NCBI GenBank assembly: GCA_004764695.1
Contig: SMSO01000014.1
Location: 553,648 to 617,647 of the forward strand
Length of the DNA: 64,000 bases
Direction: 5' to 3'
Source of the DNA: Schizochytrium sp. TIO01
Lineage: Eukaryota > Protista > Bigyra: Labyrinthulomycetes
Notes under the pieces: model-generated
What the model was told of the DNA's origin: nothing
What the model saw: the letters and a program-made list of their open reading frames with translations, nothing else
Database searches by the model: none
Position numbers and translations under genes: made by a program
Part shown: piece after piece, positions 35,233-45,729 of the stretch
How the letters are laid out: the number at the start of each line of letters is the position of its first letter
Position numbering within the stretch: the stretch's first letter is position 1

Positions 35233-37207
35233 TCACCGAGAAGGCGCTTAGTTGTTGACAGCTTCTCATTTGTTAAATTCAAAATGCCTTGCCTTTGTTG
35301 CTTTGAAAGCAGCAAGAGAAAGCAGAGTAAATAGCATTTGCAGTGCAATAATATGTTCATATACAATGTGTATGTGCAAAATTTGGAAGTAAATTATCAA
35401 GTTGTAACTCTTTTCATGTTTGTGCCACTTCTCTTGATTGTGTTTCATTCATTTTCTTATCAATATACTACTCTCTTACCAGAAATTTCAAGGAACCTGG
35501 ATGCGATGTGTAGTGTTAAATTGTGCATCAGTAAATTTCGTTGCGCAGTTTTTATTCCTTCTTAGTGATAGCAAGCCAGAATACGTATATTGCACCAAAA
35601 CAAAAAAAAAAAACACTCTAGATTCTGTGCTCAAGTCTCACAGTGAACTACTAGAATGATTCTATTATGCTTACTGGATTTGGATGGATTAGTTAGAGAC
35701 GTGATAACAAACTAGAAATAGTTGACTCCTTCTGTTCTTGGCACAGACGACCTCCTCGAACCTGCAAACAATAGATTAGTAGACTAAAGTCATTCTCTCG
35801 AGATGTCAGAAATAGGTTGAATGAACTTATCTACTTCTTGTTTCAGACCAAAGGCAACTTCTCAATATATTCTTTTTTTTCTGCAAGGAAGGAGTTTGGC
35901 ATGTCTGAGAGGATTCACCTTTTGAAATTTTTGAAAACTATCAAAATATCAAGGTTTCAAATGCTAAATGGAAAGTTCGTCATTCCCCCTTAAAACTTAG
36001 CCAGAAACCCTTATATGTGTTAGATGAGATGATAAGCATATCTTGGACTGAACTTTGGCACTGAGGGTTTCTCTTTCGCGTTTAAGACTGATGCAAACTA
36101 TTTTTATAATTAAGGCATGATGACGTCTCTGTCGAAGCGTACAGGGTGGCAACTCCTATCTAGGAGGCAACTTATTTGAGAAATGATTAGCCCAGCTCTC
36201 TTTATGACATCAATTAATGTCAAGAAATTACTTATTCCATTCATTGACTTGTCCATTTAGATACTTGTCTGTTCGTGCCTGAAATGAACGCCAAATTGGC
36301 GTTTTGCGTAGCGGTCCAACGCAGATGCAACTGCGCTGTATCTATATGAGTAGATTAGATTTTACATAAGGCGGACAAGAGTGCATCTCGGTCGAGCATC
36401 ACAAGAATTCTGATGGCATTTGCACAGTGCACAGCTTTAAAGAGTCTTTCCTTTGCAAAGATGATCGCAACGGCTCTTCGACCGTGCTGTCAAGTTGATG
36501 CAACTGCGACGACTGGAAAGGGTCTGCAAGTATCTCCTGCACATGTAAGTCCACGTCTTGACAGTGCATTTGCATATTTGCATTTGCGCACGCCTTATGA
36601 CCCACCTAGGGCTTCACGAACAATATAGCATCTGTCCCAGAAACCCTTTTACCGGACAACGCTGAGATATAAAAACCCGGCATCAAATAATACAAGCCTA
36701 CAACGAGATCAATAGAGTCGTCTTAAGAGTTGGATCGCATTCATCATGATTATATCGTATGCTGTTGACGCCGCAGTTGCTCTGAAAGTATCAAAAGCAG
36801 ACAATTTCTACAACACATTCTCTCAGAACGCTTGGAACACGATGCGCAGAAGCATCGAGGGGGGTATTCAGCATACTCTTACGCAAATGTACCTAGAAGG
36901 TACCACACTATTCTTGAAGCGTACATCAAACGAATTCGCACTGTACCCCCCCCCCCCTCTTTCTAGTCTGCAGTATCAAAAGCAAACAGAACTTTGAAAG
37001 CACGAGCACTGAAGATCAATTCAGGACCATTAATCAGCGCCAACTTGAGCGACTTACACCTCTTGAGACTTGGGCAGTCCCTTTGTTCGCCCCGAAGGCA
37101 CTAACAGCCGACATGACGCGGCGTTATTCCAAAAGAAGGTTTGCACAACTAGGAGGAAGGAAGAGTATAAATGATTCTTTTCATGATGCAATTTCTCTTC
37201 TCTATGA

Positions 37208-37239
<32 letters not shown>
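37208..37239. repeat. (AAGT)8 microsatellite
   Basis: Read directly. Confidence 0.95.
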
Positions 37240-37831
37240 GAATTAAAAGAATTGCAGAACTGGACATGGACAACAACCTCGAGTCAATCCAAAACCATAA
37301 CCGCGAGCTGTACCTTGTTCTACTACTCTTCAGCTCGATATCCACAGGTGGCTACCTACCTACGTACGCACATTTTCAATTGTCTATCTCTGACCTGCTC
37401 CCACCTGAGTCCAACGAGCTGGTTGTACCTGCTTCAGGGTCTTGAAAAGCGTCCAGCTCGACCTCGTTTCAATTCGTTTGGCGTTCTTTAATTTGTGCAC
37501 GCGCCAGGAAACCCAAACATCATATCGAAGTAGAAACCTCGAATTGAAGCACGATCCTTATCGAACAGGACTATCAAACTCCGCGCAGCGTCGAATGCAA
37601 ATTAGGTGCATATTCACTTGCATTCGTATGCCCACCAGCACCAGCATTGACAAGCACCGCGAGGAACGCACAGAGGAGTGAACAAGTGAACACGGCAAAG
37701 CACGAAAGAGCGAACAAAGAAAGACTTCGTGGAGAGAAGCATCTCAAGCATCACCCAAGCTAATTGTGTGCACGGATTTTCCAGTCGTGCATTGTCATAA
37801 TTGCAAAGGCGTGCCTGTTGAGCTTAGGCGG

Positions 37832-37839
37832 TATATAAA
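37832..37839 (+). promoter_or_regulatory. Candidate TATA box upstream of the MLO-like gene
   Basis: TATATAAA about 350 nt upstream of the ATG at 38181; position only. Confidence 0.3.
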
Positions 37840-37996
37840 TACTGTGATCAGCGTGGAGCTGGCCGATCGCTGTGCAGGAGTGCATTGGAAGGCATTTATT
37901 GGAGTCCTTACAAAAGCTTGTGCTGGCCGTGCAGTGCAGTTGCGTTATGCAAGGTTATGAAAATAAAGGCTGATCAAGCACGCTCTCATTAACCCA

Positions 37997-38020
37997 GAGA
38001 GAGAGAGAGAGAGAGAGAGA
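37997..38020. repeat. (GA)12 microsatellite
   Basis: Read directly. Confidence 0.95.
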
Positions 38021-38180
38021 AAGAAAAGAAAAGAAAAAGTTTCATAAATTGTGAAAAGGAACTTGAACAAGAATTCTGTGCGTCAAAGTAAAGACCCGGG
38101 GAATCGCGTTTGCATAACCCTCAAGCTGGACACGAGGTCGAGCAGCTACTGTGACAGAAGGGAAACGCAGCTGGCGAGGG

Positions 38181-40439
38181 ATGGCCGAGGTAAACGTCGA
38201 AGAAGCCCTACGCAAGTTGGCAGCCGCTAGCGACGATGCTTTAGCAGAATGCAAGTTTGACCTGCAACACGTGCTGTTTGGATGGCCCTTTTTACTAAGA
38301 TGGATGGCGATCCTGGGCGCCTTGAGCGCGTTTACAGAGTTCGTGCTAGGAAGGCTGGAGTATATCTTCCGCGAGCAGCGCACGAATATCAAAGTCTTAC
38401 GGAGGATGTACCGCGAGCTGACAGTACTAGGAATTATTTCATTTGCTTTGATTGTCATTCGTGACGCCTCCCGTAAACTTGATCTGAACGATATGCACCT
38501 AATTGAATTTGCACATCTTTGGTTATTCACGGTAGGAATTACTTTTATTGTTACAAATGCAACCGTTGCCGTTGTGTTACGGGCATCCAAGTCGCGTTGG
38601 GATGACGCTTTCGCCTATGGTCTTCACCGCTTGCAAAAGCGGTATGAAGAGCTGCAGGGAACAGAAACTGTGTTTCATCGTACCTTACGCTATGCGCTAC
38701 CATTTCATTACTTTGAAATGGACCATCTGATGCAGAAAGTACATCTCTGGGTATTACGCAGACAATTTATTGATCGTAATAAACTACCAGAATCCTTCCA
38801 TTTTAGTAAGTACTTGCGCCGAAGTCTCACTCGACGGGTTCTTAGTGAACTTAAAATTGGTTGGATCAGTTGGGCATTTCTCGGCTTCTGCTTTCTTCTT
38901 GGCTACGGAATTTCTTCAGCTCTAGATGAACCACTCGACTACTTGAACTTGGACTCCGCTTTGGAGATCATTCTCGTCGTTATGCTTGTGCTTCTTGGTA
39001 TTTGTTTTATTCTCAATAAACTCATCCATCTAGGCCTCTACAAATTCTTGCACAAAATTGCTGGCGTTCCACGGCCCTATCAGCTCACAAGCCTTATTCC
39101 ATATTGTGCAGAATTAAACGATGCTGAGCAATCGAGCATTTTGGACCCAACAGGAAGGCTTACAGCTGATGAGGTGCGCCTTGATGAGGTTCTAGCCGAG
39201 GTCAGCGGACATGACAAGCTTCGCTACTCCACAGAGTTTGCCACGCGAAATCTCATTCTCGACATGATCAACGTGGAGACCTATACTGTGAAAGAGGTCC
39301 TGCCTGTCGCTTGGGCCGTCTTTTTCACGAAAGCATTTCGTATTCTAATCCTTGCTCAGGGCTATGCTGCGGGATTCACAATTCTAGTGATTGCTCAATA
39401 TACGTCATCTGTGTTCCAAGGGTGGAGAGCAGGTGCTACAATGGGCATAATCCTTATTCATTGCGTTCAAGTCGGGGTGTTGATTCCCTTCACCATCCGT
39501 AACTATGCACTGTTGAGCTCTGTCGCACGTGTTGAACAGGAAGCACTTGATGTAATCGAGGGAACCTTTTTTTATCAAAAGGAGGCTAATGACACCATCT
39601 ACATCCTCTCGAGTATTCTGTATAATGCTACTCAGCTCATGCTAAACGGCGTCTACCAGCTTGATCACAGGCCTGCACCTAGAACTCGCGAAGAGGCTAT
39701 TCGGGAAGTCTTTATGCTGCTTGACAGTTGTCACAACAACGGCGTGATCCCCCCCTTGCAGCTGCAAAAAGCCTTGCAGCAGCAGCCCTTCCGACGATTT
39801 CTCAAGAGCGCAAGACTTCGCATGGTATTCCGGTCTCTGAACTGCACCAAAGGATTTACCATGGATCGCTGTCGTTTCTTGGTTCTTGGTTTTGATCGCT
39901 TAGAAAAGCTAGACCGCAGATCAATTTCCCATTATCAGCGATGCTTTGCAGGTAGCCGGGTAAAGTGCCATCGTTGTCATCTGCGAGTCCCTGTCATTGA
40001 TATCGAACACCATGCGGATACCTGCCGAGGTCCCAAAATGCCTGGTTTTGTTTCATACCCAAGCGGCGTAACTCACACGAGTGGACGTCCCGAGTCTAAT
40101 AGCACTTCTGGTTCAAATGATTACTACCAGTCTTTTGATGATGAGGCAAATAATAATGGAGACGAAGGACAGGATGATCTTACTGATACTGAGGAACCCT
40201 ACGAAGAACAATCTGAAGGCTCGCACGACGAGGTCAAACACGAAGATGTCATATACGGATCTCGCAAAACAACCACTATGATTGCTCCGGCTACTTCCTA
40301 TGAAGGTTCGAATGAGGATAACTCAGAAACAGCAAGCAGCACGATTTATGATCGCGCGTCAATCAAAAGGGATGCGCAATTTGGTCTGCTTCTACCGTTC
40401 CTTTTACCAAAGTCGCGTCTTGGAAACAGCCATAATTAA
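38181..40439 (+). CDS. MLO-like multipass membrane protein with degenerate EF-hand region and C-terminal C2HC zinc finger
   Basis: MYRELTVLGIISF (cf. MLO ELMLLGFISL), EFAHLWLF (cf. LHIFIF), LRRQFI..NKLPESFHFSKYLRRSL (cf. LR.GFI...FdFhKYi.RSL), IGWISW; about seven hydrophobic segments; CHRC-x11-H-x3-C near the C-terminus. First ATG at 38181. Confidence 0.8.
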   Translation: MAEVNVEEALRKLAAASDDALAECKFDLQHVLFGWPFLLRWMAILGALSAFTEFVLGRLEYIFREQRTNIKVLRRMYRELTVLGIISFALIVIRDASRKLDLNDMHLIEFAHLWLFTVGITFIVTNATVAVVLRASKSRWDDAFAYGLHRLQKRYEELQGTETVFHRTLRYALPFHYFEMDHLMQKVHLWVLRRQFIDRNKLPESFHFSKYLRRSLTRRVLSELKIGWISWAFLGFCFLLGYGISSALDEPLDYLNLDSALEIILVVMLVLLGICFILNKLIHLGLYKFLHKIAGVPRPYQLTSLIPYCAELNDAEQSSILDPTGRLTADEVRLDEVLAEVSGHDKLRYSTEFATRNLILDMINVETYTVKEVLPVAWAVFFTKAFRILILAQGYAAGFTILVIAQYTSSVFQGWRAGATMGIILIHCVQVGVLIPFTIRNYALLSSVARVEQEALDVIEGTFFYQKEANDTIYILSSILYNATQLMLNGVYQLDHRPAPRTREEAIREVFMLLDSCHNNGVIPPLQLQKALQQQPFRRFLKSARLRMVFRSLNCTKGFTMDRCRFLVLGFDRLEKLDRRSISHYQRCFAGSRVKCHRCHLRVPVIDIEHHADTCRGPKMPGFVSYPSGVTHTSGRPESNSTSGSNDYYQSFDDEANNNGDEGQDDLTDTEEPYEEQSEGSHDEVKHEDVIYGSRKTTTMIAPATSYEGSNEDNSETASSTIYDRASIKRDAQFGLLLPFLLPKSRLGNSHN

Positions 40440-40862
40440 AGTGATCAAGGCAAGTGGAAAAGAGACGCAGTGATGTCTCTTTGAAATATAGAGAATCGTG
40501 TCGCAAGCTGTCGCAAGTTTTATCTATGTAATTTGTTTAAGTTCTATACTTATATTGTGTTTTTGCTTATGACCTTCAGCAAATCTAAGCACAAAACCCT
40601 GGACTCTACTCATTATTATTTGAAAATCTATCTATCATATGCGTATGCTAGCCATGATTTGAATATTATGAAAAGGTTCATTTGTATCAAGAGCCAAAAG
40701 TGATATTTTTGATTGGTTATTCATCATTTCAAACCTTTAGAACTAGAAAAAATTAAGTTTCGCCTTGTCAAAACTCAAGAAAGCAATGACATGACATGAC
40801 ACTTGCACGCTAAGGCAAGCAAAAAGAAAGAATAAATGTTCAGCTGTAGAGGTCTTTCTTAT

Positions 40863-43196
40863 TTAGCGCATCTGTCTTTGCACCAAAGTAGAATAGAGCC
40901 CATCATCCTTCTGCAAAAGTTCCTCGTGAGTGCCCCGTTCAGCAATTACACCATCAGAAATGACAAGGATCATCGAGGCGGAACGAATGGTGGAAAGGCG
41001 ATGCGCGATAGTGATACTTGTGCGACCAACCATGACACGATCCAAGGCTTCTTGTACAAGGTGCTCACTTTCAGAATCCAATGCAGAAGTTGCTTCGTCC
41101 AAAAGAATAACATTAGGACGCGCAAGAAGAGCACGTGCAATAGCAATGCGCTGGTTCTGTCCTCCTGACAAGGTCACACCACGCTCACCGACTTGAGTGT
41201 TAAAACCATCAGGAAAGTTGCTGATAAAGCTGTAGGCGTTCGCCTCTTTAGCAGCAGCCTCGATTTCTTCATCGGTGACCTTACGGTGGACACCATAACA
41301 AATGTTATCACGAATAGACATTGCAAAGAGAGTAGGCTGCTGAGAAACGGCACTGACATTGCGGTGGAGCTTGACAGTACTCATATGGCGCAAGTCTTGC
41401 CCAGCGATCGTAATGTAGCCACTATCCGGATCATAAAAGCGTTGAAGGAGGTTGATGATTGTGCTCTTTCCTCCACCACTGGCACCAACGAGGGCTGTTA
41501 CTTGACCTTGCTGGCAGGTAAATGAGACGTCCTCCAGAACTTTGATATCCTTTCGAGAAGGGTAGGCAAATGAAACTTTGTTAAAAACAACATCACCACG
41601 AAGCTCTTCGTTCCAATCACCAGCGCGTCTAGTTGCTGCATCCAGGTGGTTGGCATCTTCTCCTGGCAACAAGGTAGTCTCCGAGCTGTCCTCGTCGGGA
41701 GCGCGGTCAGTGTGGATGTCTGGTTTGCGATCGATAATTGCAAACATTCGTTCTGCACTGCCTACGGCAGACATGACTTGAGAGTAGAGGCCAGAAAGGC
41801 CTCCAAGAGCAGCTGCAAGGTAAACTGTGTACATGAGGAAGCTCAGCAAAGAACCAGCATCGAGACTCGAACTACCACGAATCACTAGACGGCCACCGTA
41901 CCACAAGACTAGAACCATGGCAAGATAAGCTGCAAGACCAATGATTCCCATAAAAGTGCCAAATGCCCATGCTCTGCGTGCGCCGTAGGTATAAGAATCC
42001 TTGATACGAGCGCGGTAGCGCGCTATCTCTGCAGATTCCTTGGAGAAGGAACGAACCGTGCGAATCGAACTGATAGCCTGCTCAGCGGTTTCTCCAGCTT
42101 TAGCGAGGCTATCCTGATAGTTTTTGGATACTCCACGAATGAAGCTACCATAGATACGTGTTCCAATGGCGAGGGCAGGAACCACGGAAAGCATGATTAG
42201 CGTGAGCTGCCAGCTCAGAACAAATAAAACAACTAGACCAACCACAACCTGGGCAATCCAGCGCAGAGACATTGAGACAGTCATAGTCATTGTGTCTTGA
42301 ATAACGCTTGTATCACTGCTAAGTCGGGATTGTAGTTCACCGCTGTTCTCTGTATCAAAGAAACCAATTGGCTGCCGAAGAATGGCTTCGAAAACACGCA
42401 CGCGAAAGCGGGCAACTAAGCGCTCACCACTTAGGTTAAAGAGAGCACCACGAAAGAGAGTAAATACACTCGAGACTACAAAAACTACAATCATGAGCAC
42501 AACTGTGTGGTTCAGGTCTGACTCAGACTTTGAGTGCAAAATCTGGTTGATAAGCTTGCTGAAAAGAGCTGGAACTACCATAGTGGCTGCGGAACTAACC
42601 ATAAGACAGATCAAAGCTGCCGTGAGAATGTAGCGCTCGGGCCATGCCAACAAGAGCAGACGACGAAAGCTTGTTCCAGTACCATGGAGGTGATCGTCGC
42701 CTTGACCGAGTTGAGAGTAATCGTATGAAGAGTCCATTTCAGCATCCGAACGTTCGCCAGGGCTGAGGAGAGGCTCGTCGGCAGGCACGTCCTGATTGTA
42801 TGCTTGGAATCGAGCAACTGAGATAAGGCCAAGATCCAGGAGGGGCAACACAAGACCAAGCCACATCAGGGTATGGATAGAAGCCGAGGCATGGTGAAGA
42901 GGGTGTGCGGTTGCAAGTTTTACGACACTAGTCGTTGAGCATCCAATCATGAAGATTGATACAAAAACTGTTGCGCTAAGAGCCATAAAGGAGCATTGTT
43001 TTGGAGTGCTTCGAATGGCCTGTCTGAGAGCTGCAATCACAAGGATCAGGCTTCGCACCCATGCGAGTGCTACAAGATCTAGGACCGAAGAATTCCAGGT
43101 GTAATCATCTGGACTAAGATCAGAACTCCTCGCCAAAAGACTGAGTATGCCTGCGTCTGCAAGGCCTACGCCTACCAGGCCTAAAGCCATCAACAT
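40863..43196 (-). CDS. ABC transporter subfamily B half-transporter (TAP-like/ABCB9-type with extra N-terminal TMD0)
   Basis: Walker A GASGGGKST, Q-loop VSQQP, signature LSGGQNQRIAIARA, Walker B ILLDEATSALD, H-loop IAHRLSTI; one core TMD plus about four N-terminal helices. First ATG at 43196. Confidence 0.93.
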   Translation of the reverse strand: MLMALGLVGVGLADAGILSLLARSSDLSPDDYTWNSSVLDLVALAWVRSLILVIAALRQAIRSTPKQCSFMALSATVFVSIFMIGCSTTSVVKLATAHPLHHASASIHTLMWLGLVLPLLDLGLISVARFQAYNQDVPADEPLLSPGERSDAEMDSSYDYSQLGQGDDHLHGTGTSFRRLLLLAWPERYILTAALICLMVSSAATMVVPALFSKLINQILHSKSESDLNHTVVLMIVVFVVSSVFTLFRGALFNLSGERLVARFRVRVFEAILRQPIGFFDTENSGELQSRLSSDTSVIQDTMTMTVSMSLRWIAQVVVGLVVLFVLSWQLTLIMLSVVPALAIGTRIYGSFIRGVSKNYQDSLAKAGETAEQAISSIRTVRSFSKESAEIARYRARIKDSYTYGARRAWAFGTFMGIIGLAAYLAMVLVLWYGGRLVIRGSSSLDAGSLLSFLMYTVYLAAALGGLSGLYSQVMSAVGSAERMFAIIDRKPDIHTDRAPDEDSSETTLLPGEDANHLDAATRRAGDWNEELRGDVVFNKVSFAYPSRKDIKVLEDVSFTCQQGQVTALVGASGGGKSTIINLLQRFYDPDSGYITIAGQDLRHMSTVKLHRNVSAVSQQPTLFAMSIRDNICYGVHRKVTDEEIEAAAKEANAYSFISNFPDGFNTQVGERGVTLSGGQNQRIAIARALLARPNVILLDEATSALDSESEHLVQEALDRVMVGRTSITIAHRLSTIRSASMILVISDGVIAERGTHEELLQKDDGLYSTLVQRQMR

Positions 43197-43565
43197 CTTG
43201 CCACCGTTGCTGTTCAGTACTAGAAGCCCTTTGGCTCCCGGCCTTACCTCGTTTTGTATAACTCTCACAACGAAGCCAAGAGTTTGCAGTACTTTTCGAT
43301 ATCAATCGAAGGGTGCTCTTGGCCCAACAGGCTGATGTCAACGCCAATTCTTCTTGCTGCAAGAACCTGCAGCCACAATAGGAAGCCTCGCAATCAATCG
43401 ATTGATCGATTGGGATTTGTTGCCTCGTGTTTACCAAGCTGGATGGGATGAATCATATTCTTCGCCTCAGCGTTAAATTTTTAATTACTTTTAGGATGAC
43501 GAACTTCATCTATTTTAGCCTACTTTTCCTCCTTTTTTCTTTTTCTTTTTTATTCAACAAATACC

Positions 43566-43617
43566 ACCGATGAAGAAAGAACAAAGAAAATACCGATGAA
43601 AAAAGAACAAAGAAAAC
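43566..43617. repeat. 26-bp tandem duplication
   Basis: accgatgaagaaagaacaaagaaaat / accgatgaaaaaagaacaaagaaaac. Confidence 0.88.
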
Positions 43618-44454
43618 ATAGGGGAAACCTGAATGAATCCCTCAGAGTTGATATGTAAGCCTGTAAGAAGACGACTCCTTATGGACAGAGGTTGTACATA
43701 TATCATAGGGATGGGGAGTTATCCAAGCTCGAGATGCCACCAATAGATCAGAGATAGACCAAAGATGGGGTGCATGGATACCTTTCGCAACATAGGTCCG
43801 GGCAAGCTGAGAGAATTGTTATCTCCTCTCAATCTCGTTCGATATTGTTATGTTGGTTCATTTCATTACAAAAGGGCAGTTTGAAGATTGCAGGTCTTGG
43901 AGACTTACGTGAGTAACTTTTGCCTGAGGCGCAGAAGAGGTTTAGGAAGCAAGTTAGGAAAACAAGAAGCATTTATCGCATAGGAATATCTTTAATTAAA
44001 AAGACCAAAACAAAAAATAATGATTTCATTCTAGGGTGTTGTAGGAAGGATGATTTTGATGGTCCGAATGAGATCTTACGAAGAGCTTCTTCGATCTTCT
44101 TCGGGCTTCTTTTGATTCTTGTAATTTAGGATTGAATACTACTCTAACTATATATGCATGTGCTTCTCTTGGTTTTAAAACTCCCTGCTTGCATTAAATA
44201 CAAATGAACTGAGTTCATCTAATTGATCCTTGTGATATAAGACTCCTCGTACTACCGGATATATCTTCACAGGGACAGAGTCAGAGAGCAGGAAAATAGG
44301 GCGTGATGTTGACAAAATTGGGAAATGCTCAGTTATAGTTGTTGATTATTTGTTTTCTAACAGGCTCGGTGAACACATGGGGCGCACTGAGAGATGTGTG
44401 ATGTGGTTGGGGTGATGTGAATGGTACTTATGGAACAGCTGCAAGCGCTGAGAT

Positions 44455-45729
44455 TTACTGGTTGTTGGCGCGGATGACGGCGAGCTTGTCAAGGACATCA
44501 GCGGTGTCGAGATCCTCGAGGATGTCAAAGATGCTCTGGTTCTTGCCCTCGTAAGCGACCTGGGCGTCGCCCATCCACTCCTTGAGGGTCTCAGCGGGGA
44601 TGCCGAGGGAGAGAGCAGCCTTGGCGAAGCGGTCCTCATCCATGGATGCCTTGAGCCAGTTCATGCGCTCGGCAGAGGCCTCGAAGGGGCTGGCACTAGC
44701 GTGGACACCGTTGTCACCAACGTTGGGCTCCTCAGAAAGTCCAAGGGCCTCCCACTGCTCGTAGATCTTGCGGCGAAGGCTGCCCTCCTCGGCGTCCTTG
44801 GGGTCAGTGCCACCAAGAACCTTGCCACGGAAGTCCTCCCAGGAGAGCTTGTTCGGGTTCCACTCAACAACAAAGTAGTGGATCTTGGCCGGTGCGTTGG
44901 TGTACTTGCCGCGCATGGAGAGGTAGAAACCGTTCATGACGTACATGTCGTCAGCGAGCTTACCGCAGTAGAAGCCACCACCAAACTTGATGAGATCCTC
45001 ACCGCGCTTGAGGTTGCCCCACTTAGCCTCGAGCTCATCACCAGTGATACCGAGCTTCTCGCAGGCATCAGCGGCGTTGTAGACCTTGCCCTCCTCGAGA
45101 GCCTTGGCCCACTCCTCGCCAAAGAGCTTCTTGAACTCACCCTGGCCCTTCTCGGGCACGTTGAGCTCAGAGGGCTTGAGGATAACAGCCTTGCTGGCGA
45201 TGGCGCCGTAGTGGGTGTCAATGAGGCGCTCAGTGTCAATCTTCTTGTGGTCGAGCTCACCCTCGGTCTTGACCTTGATGCCGTTCTTGGCGAAGTCCTC
45301 CTTGACGAGGTCCACAACCTTGTCAGTGACAGCGTGGGGCTTGACGAAGACGAAGGCCTCGTCGACGTTCACAGCAGAGAGGAGAGCGACCTCCTGCTCG
45401 AGCTTGGCCACACGCTCAGAGAGGGAAGAGGACTCAGAGGAGGCCTCCTCAGAGCTGGACTCGACGGCGGGGAGGACATCCTTGACGGCGTCCTCAACCT
45501 TCTCAACGGCGGCAGAGGCCTTCTCGGGAACGCTCTTGGACTCAGACTTGGAGCCACCAGAGAGGCCGAGGGCAAGAAGAACCAAAACACCGGCAGCGGC
45601 AGCACCGGCAGCCTGGGGAGAGACATTGCCGGGGAGACCAGAAGGGGTGGAGCTCATGTTGCGCACGGCAGCACGGCGAGCCTGAAGGCGGGCGATGCCG
45701 GCAGAGCGCCGGGCGACAGAGGAGAGCAT
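44455..45729 (-). CDS. Long-form nucleoside diphosphate kinase-family protein with mitochondrial-type presequence and TM anchor
   Basis: AFVFVKPHAV, HYG, FRGKVLGGTDPKDAEEGSLR, NGVHASASPFEASAERMNWL (catalytic His motif). N-terminus MLSSVARRSAGIARLQARRAAVRNMS then AAAAGVLVLLALGL. Extreme codon bias. ATG at 45729. Confidence 0.85.
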   Translation of the reverse strand: MLSSVARRSAGIARLQARRAAVRNMSSTPSGLPGNVSPQAAGAAAAGVLVLLALGLSGGSKSESKSVPEKASAAVEKVEDAVKDVLPAVESSSEEASSESSSLSERVAKLEQEVALLSAVNVDEAFVFVKPHAVTDKVVDLVKEDFAKNGIKVKTEGELDHKKIDTERLIDTHYGAIASKAVILKPSELNVPEKGQGEFKKLFGEEWAKALEEGKVYNAADACEKLGITGDELEAKWGNLKRGEDLIKFGGGFYCGKLADDMYVMNGFYLSMRGKYTNAPAKIHYFVVEWNPNKLSWEDFRGKVLGGTDPKDAEEGSLRRKIYEQWEALGLSEEPNVGDNGVHASASPFEASAERMNWLKASMDEDRFAKAALSLGIPAETLKEWMGDAQVAYEGKNQSIFDILEDLDTADVLDKLAVIRANNQ

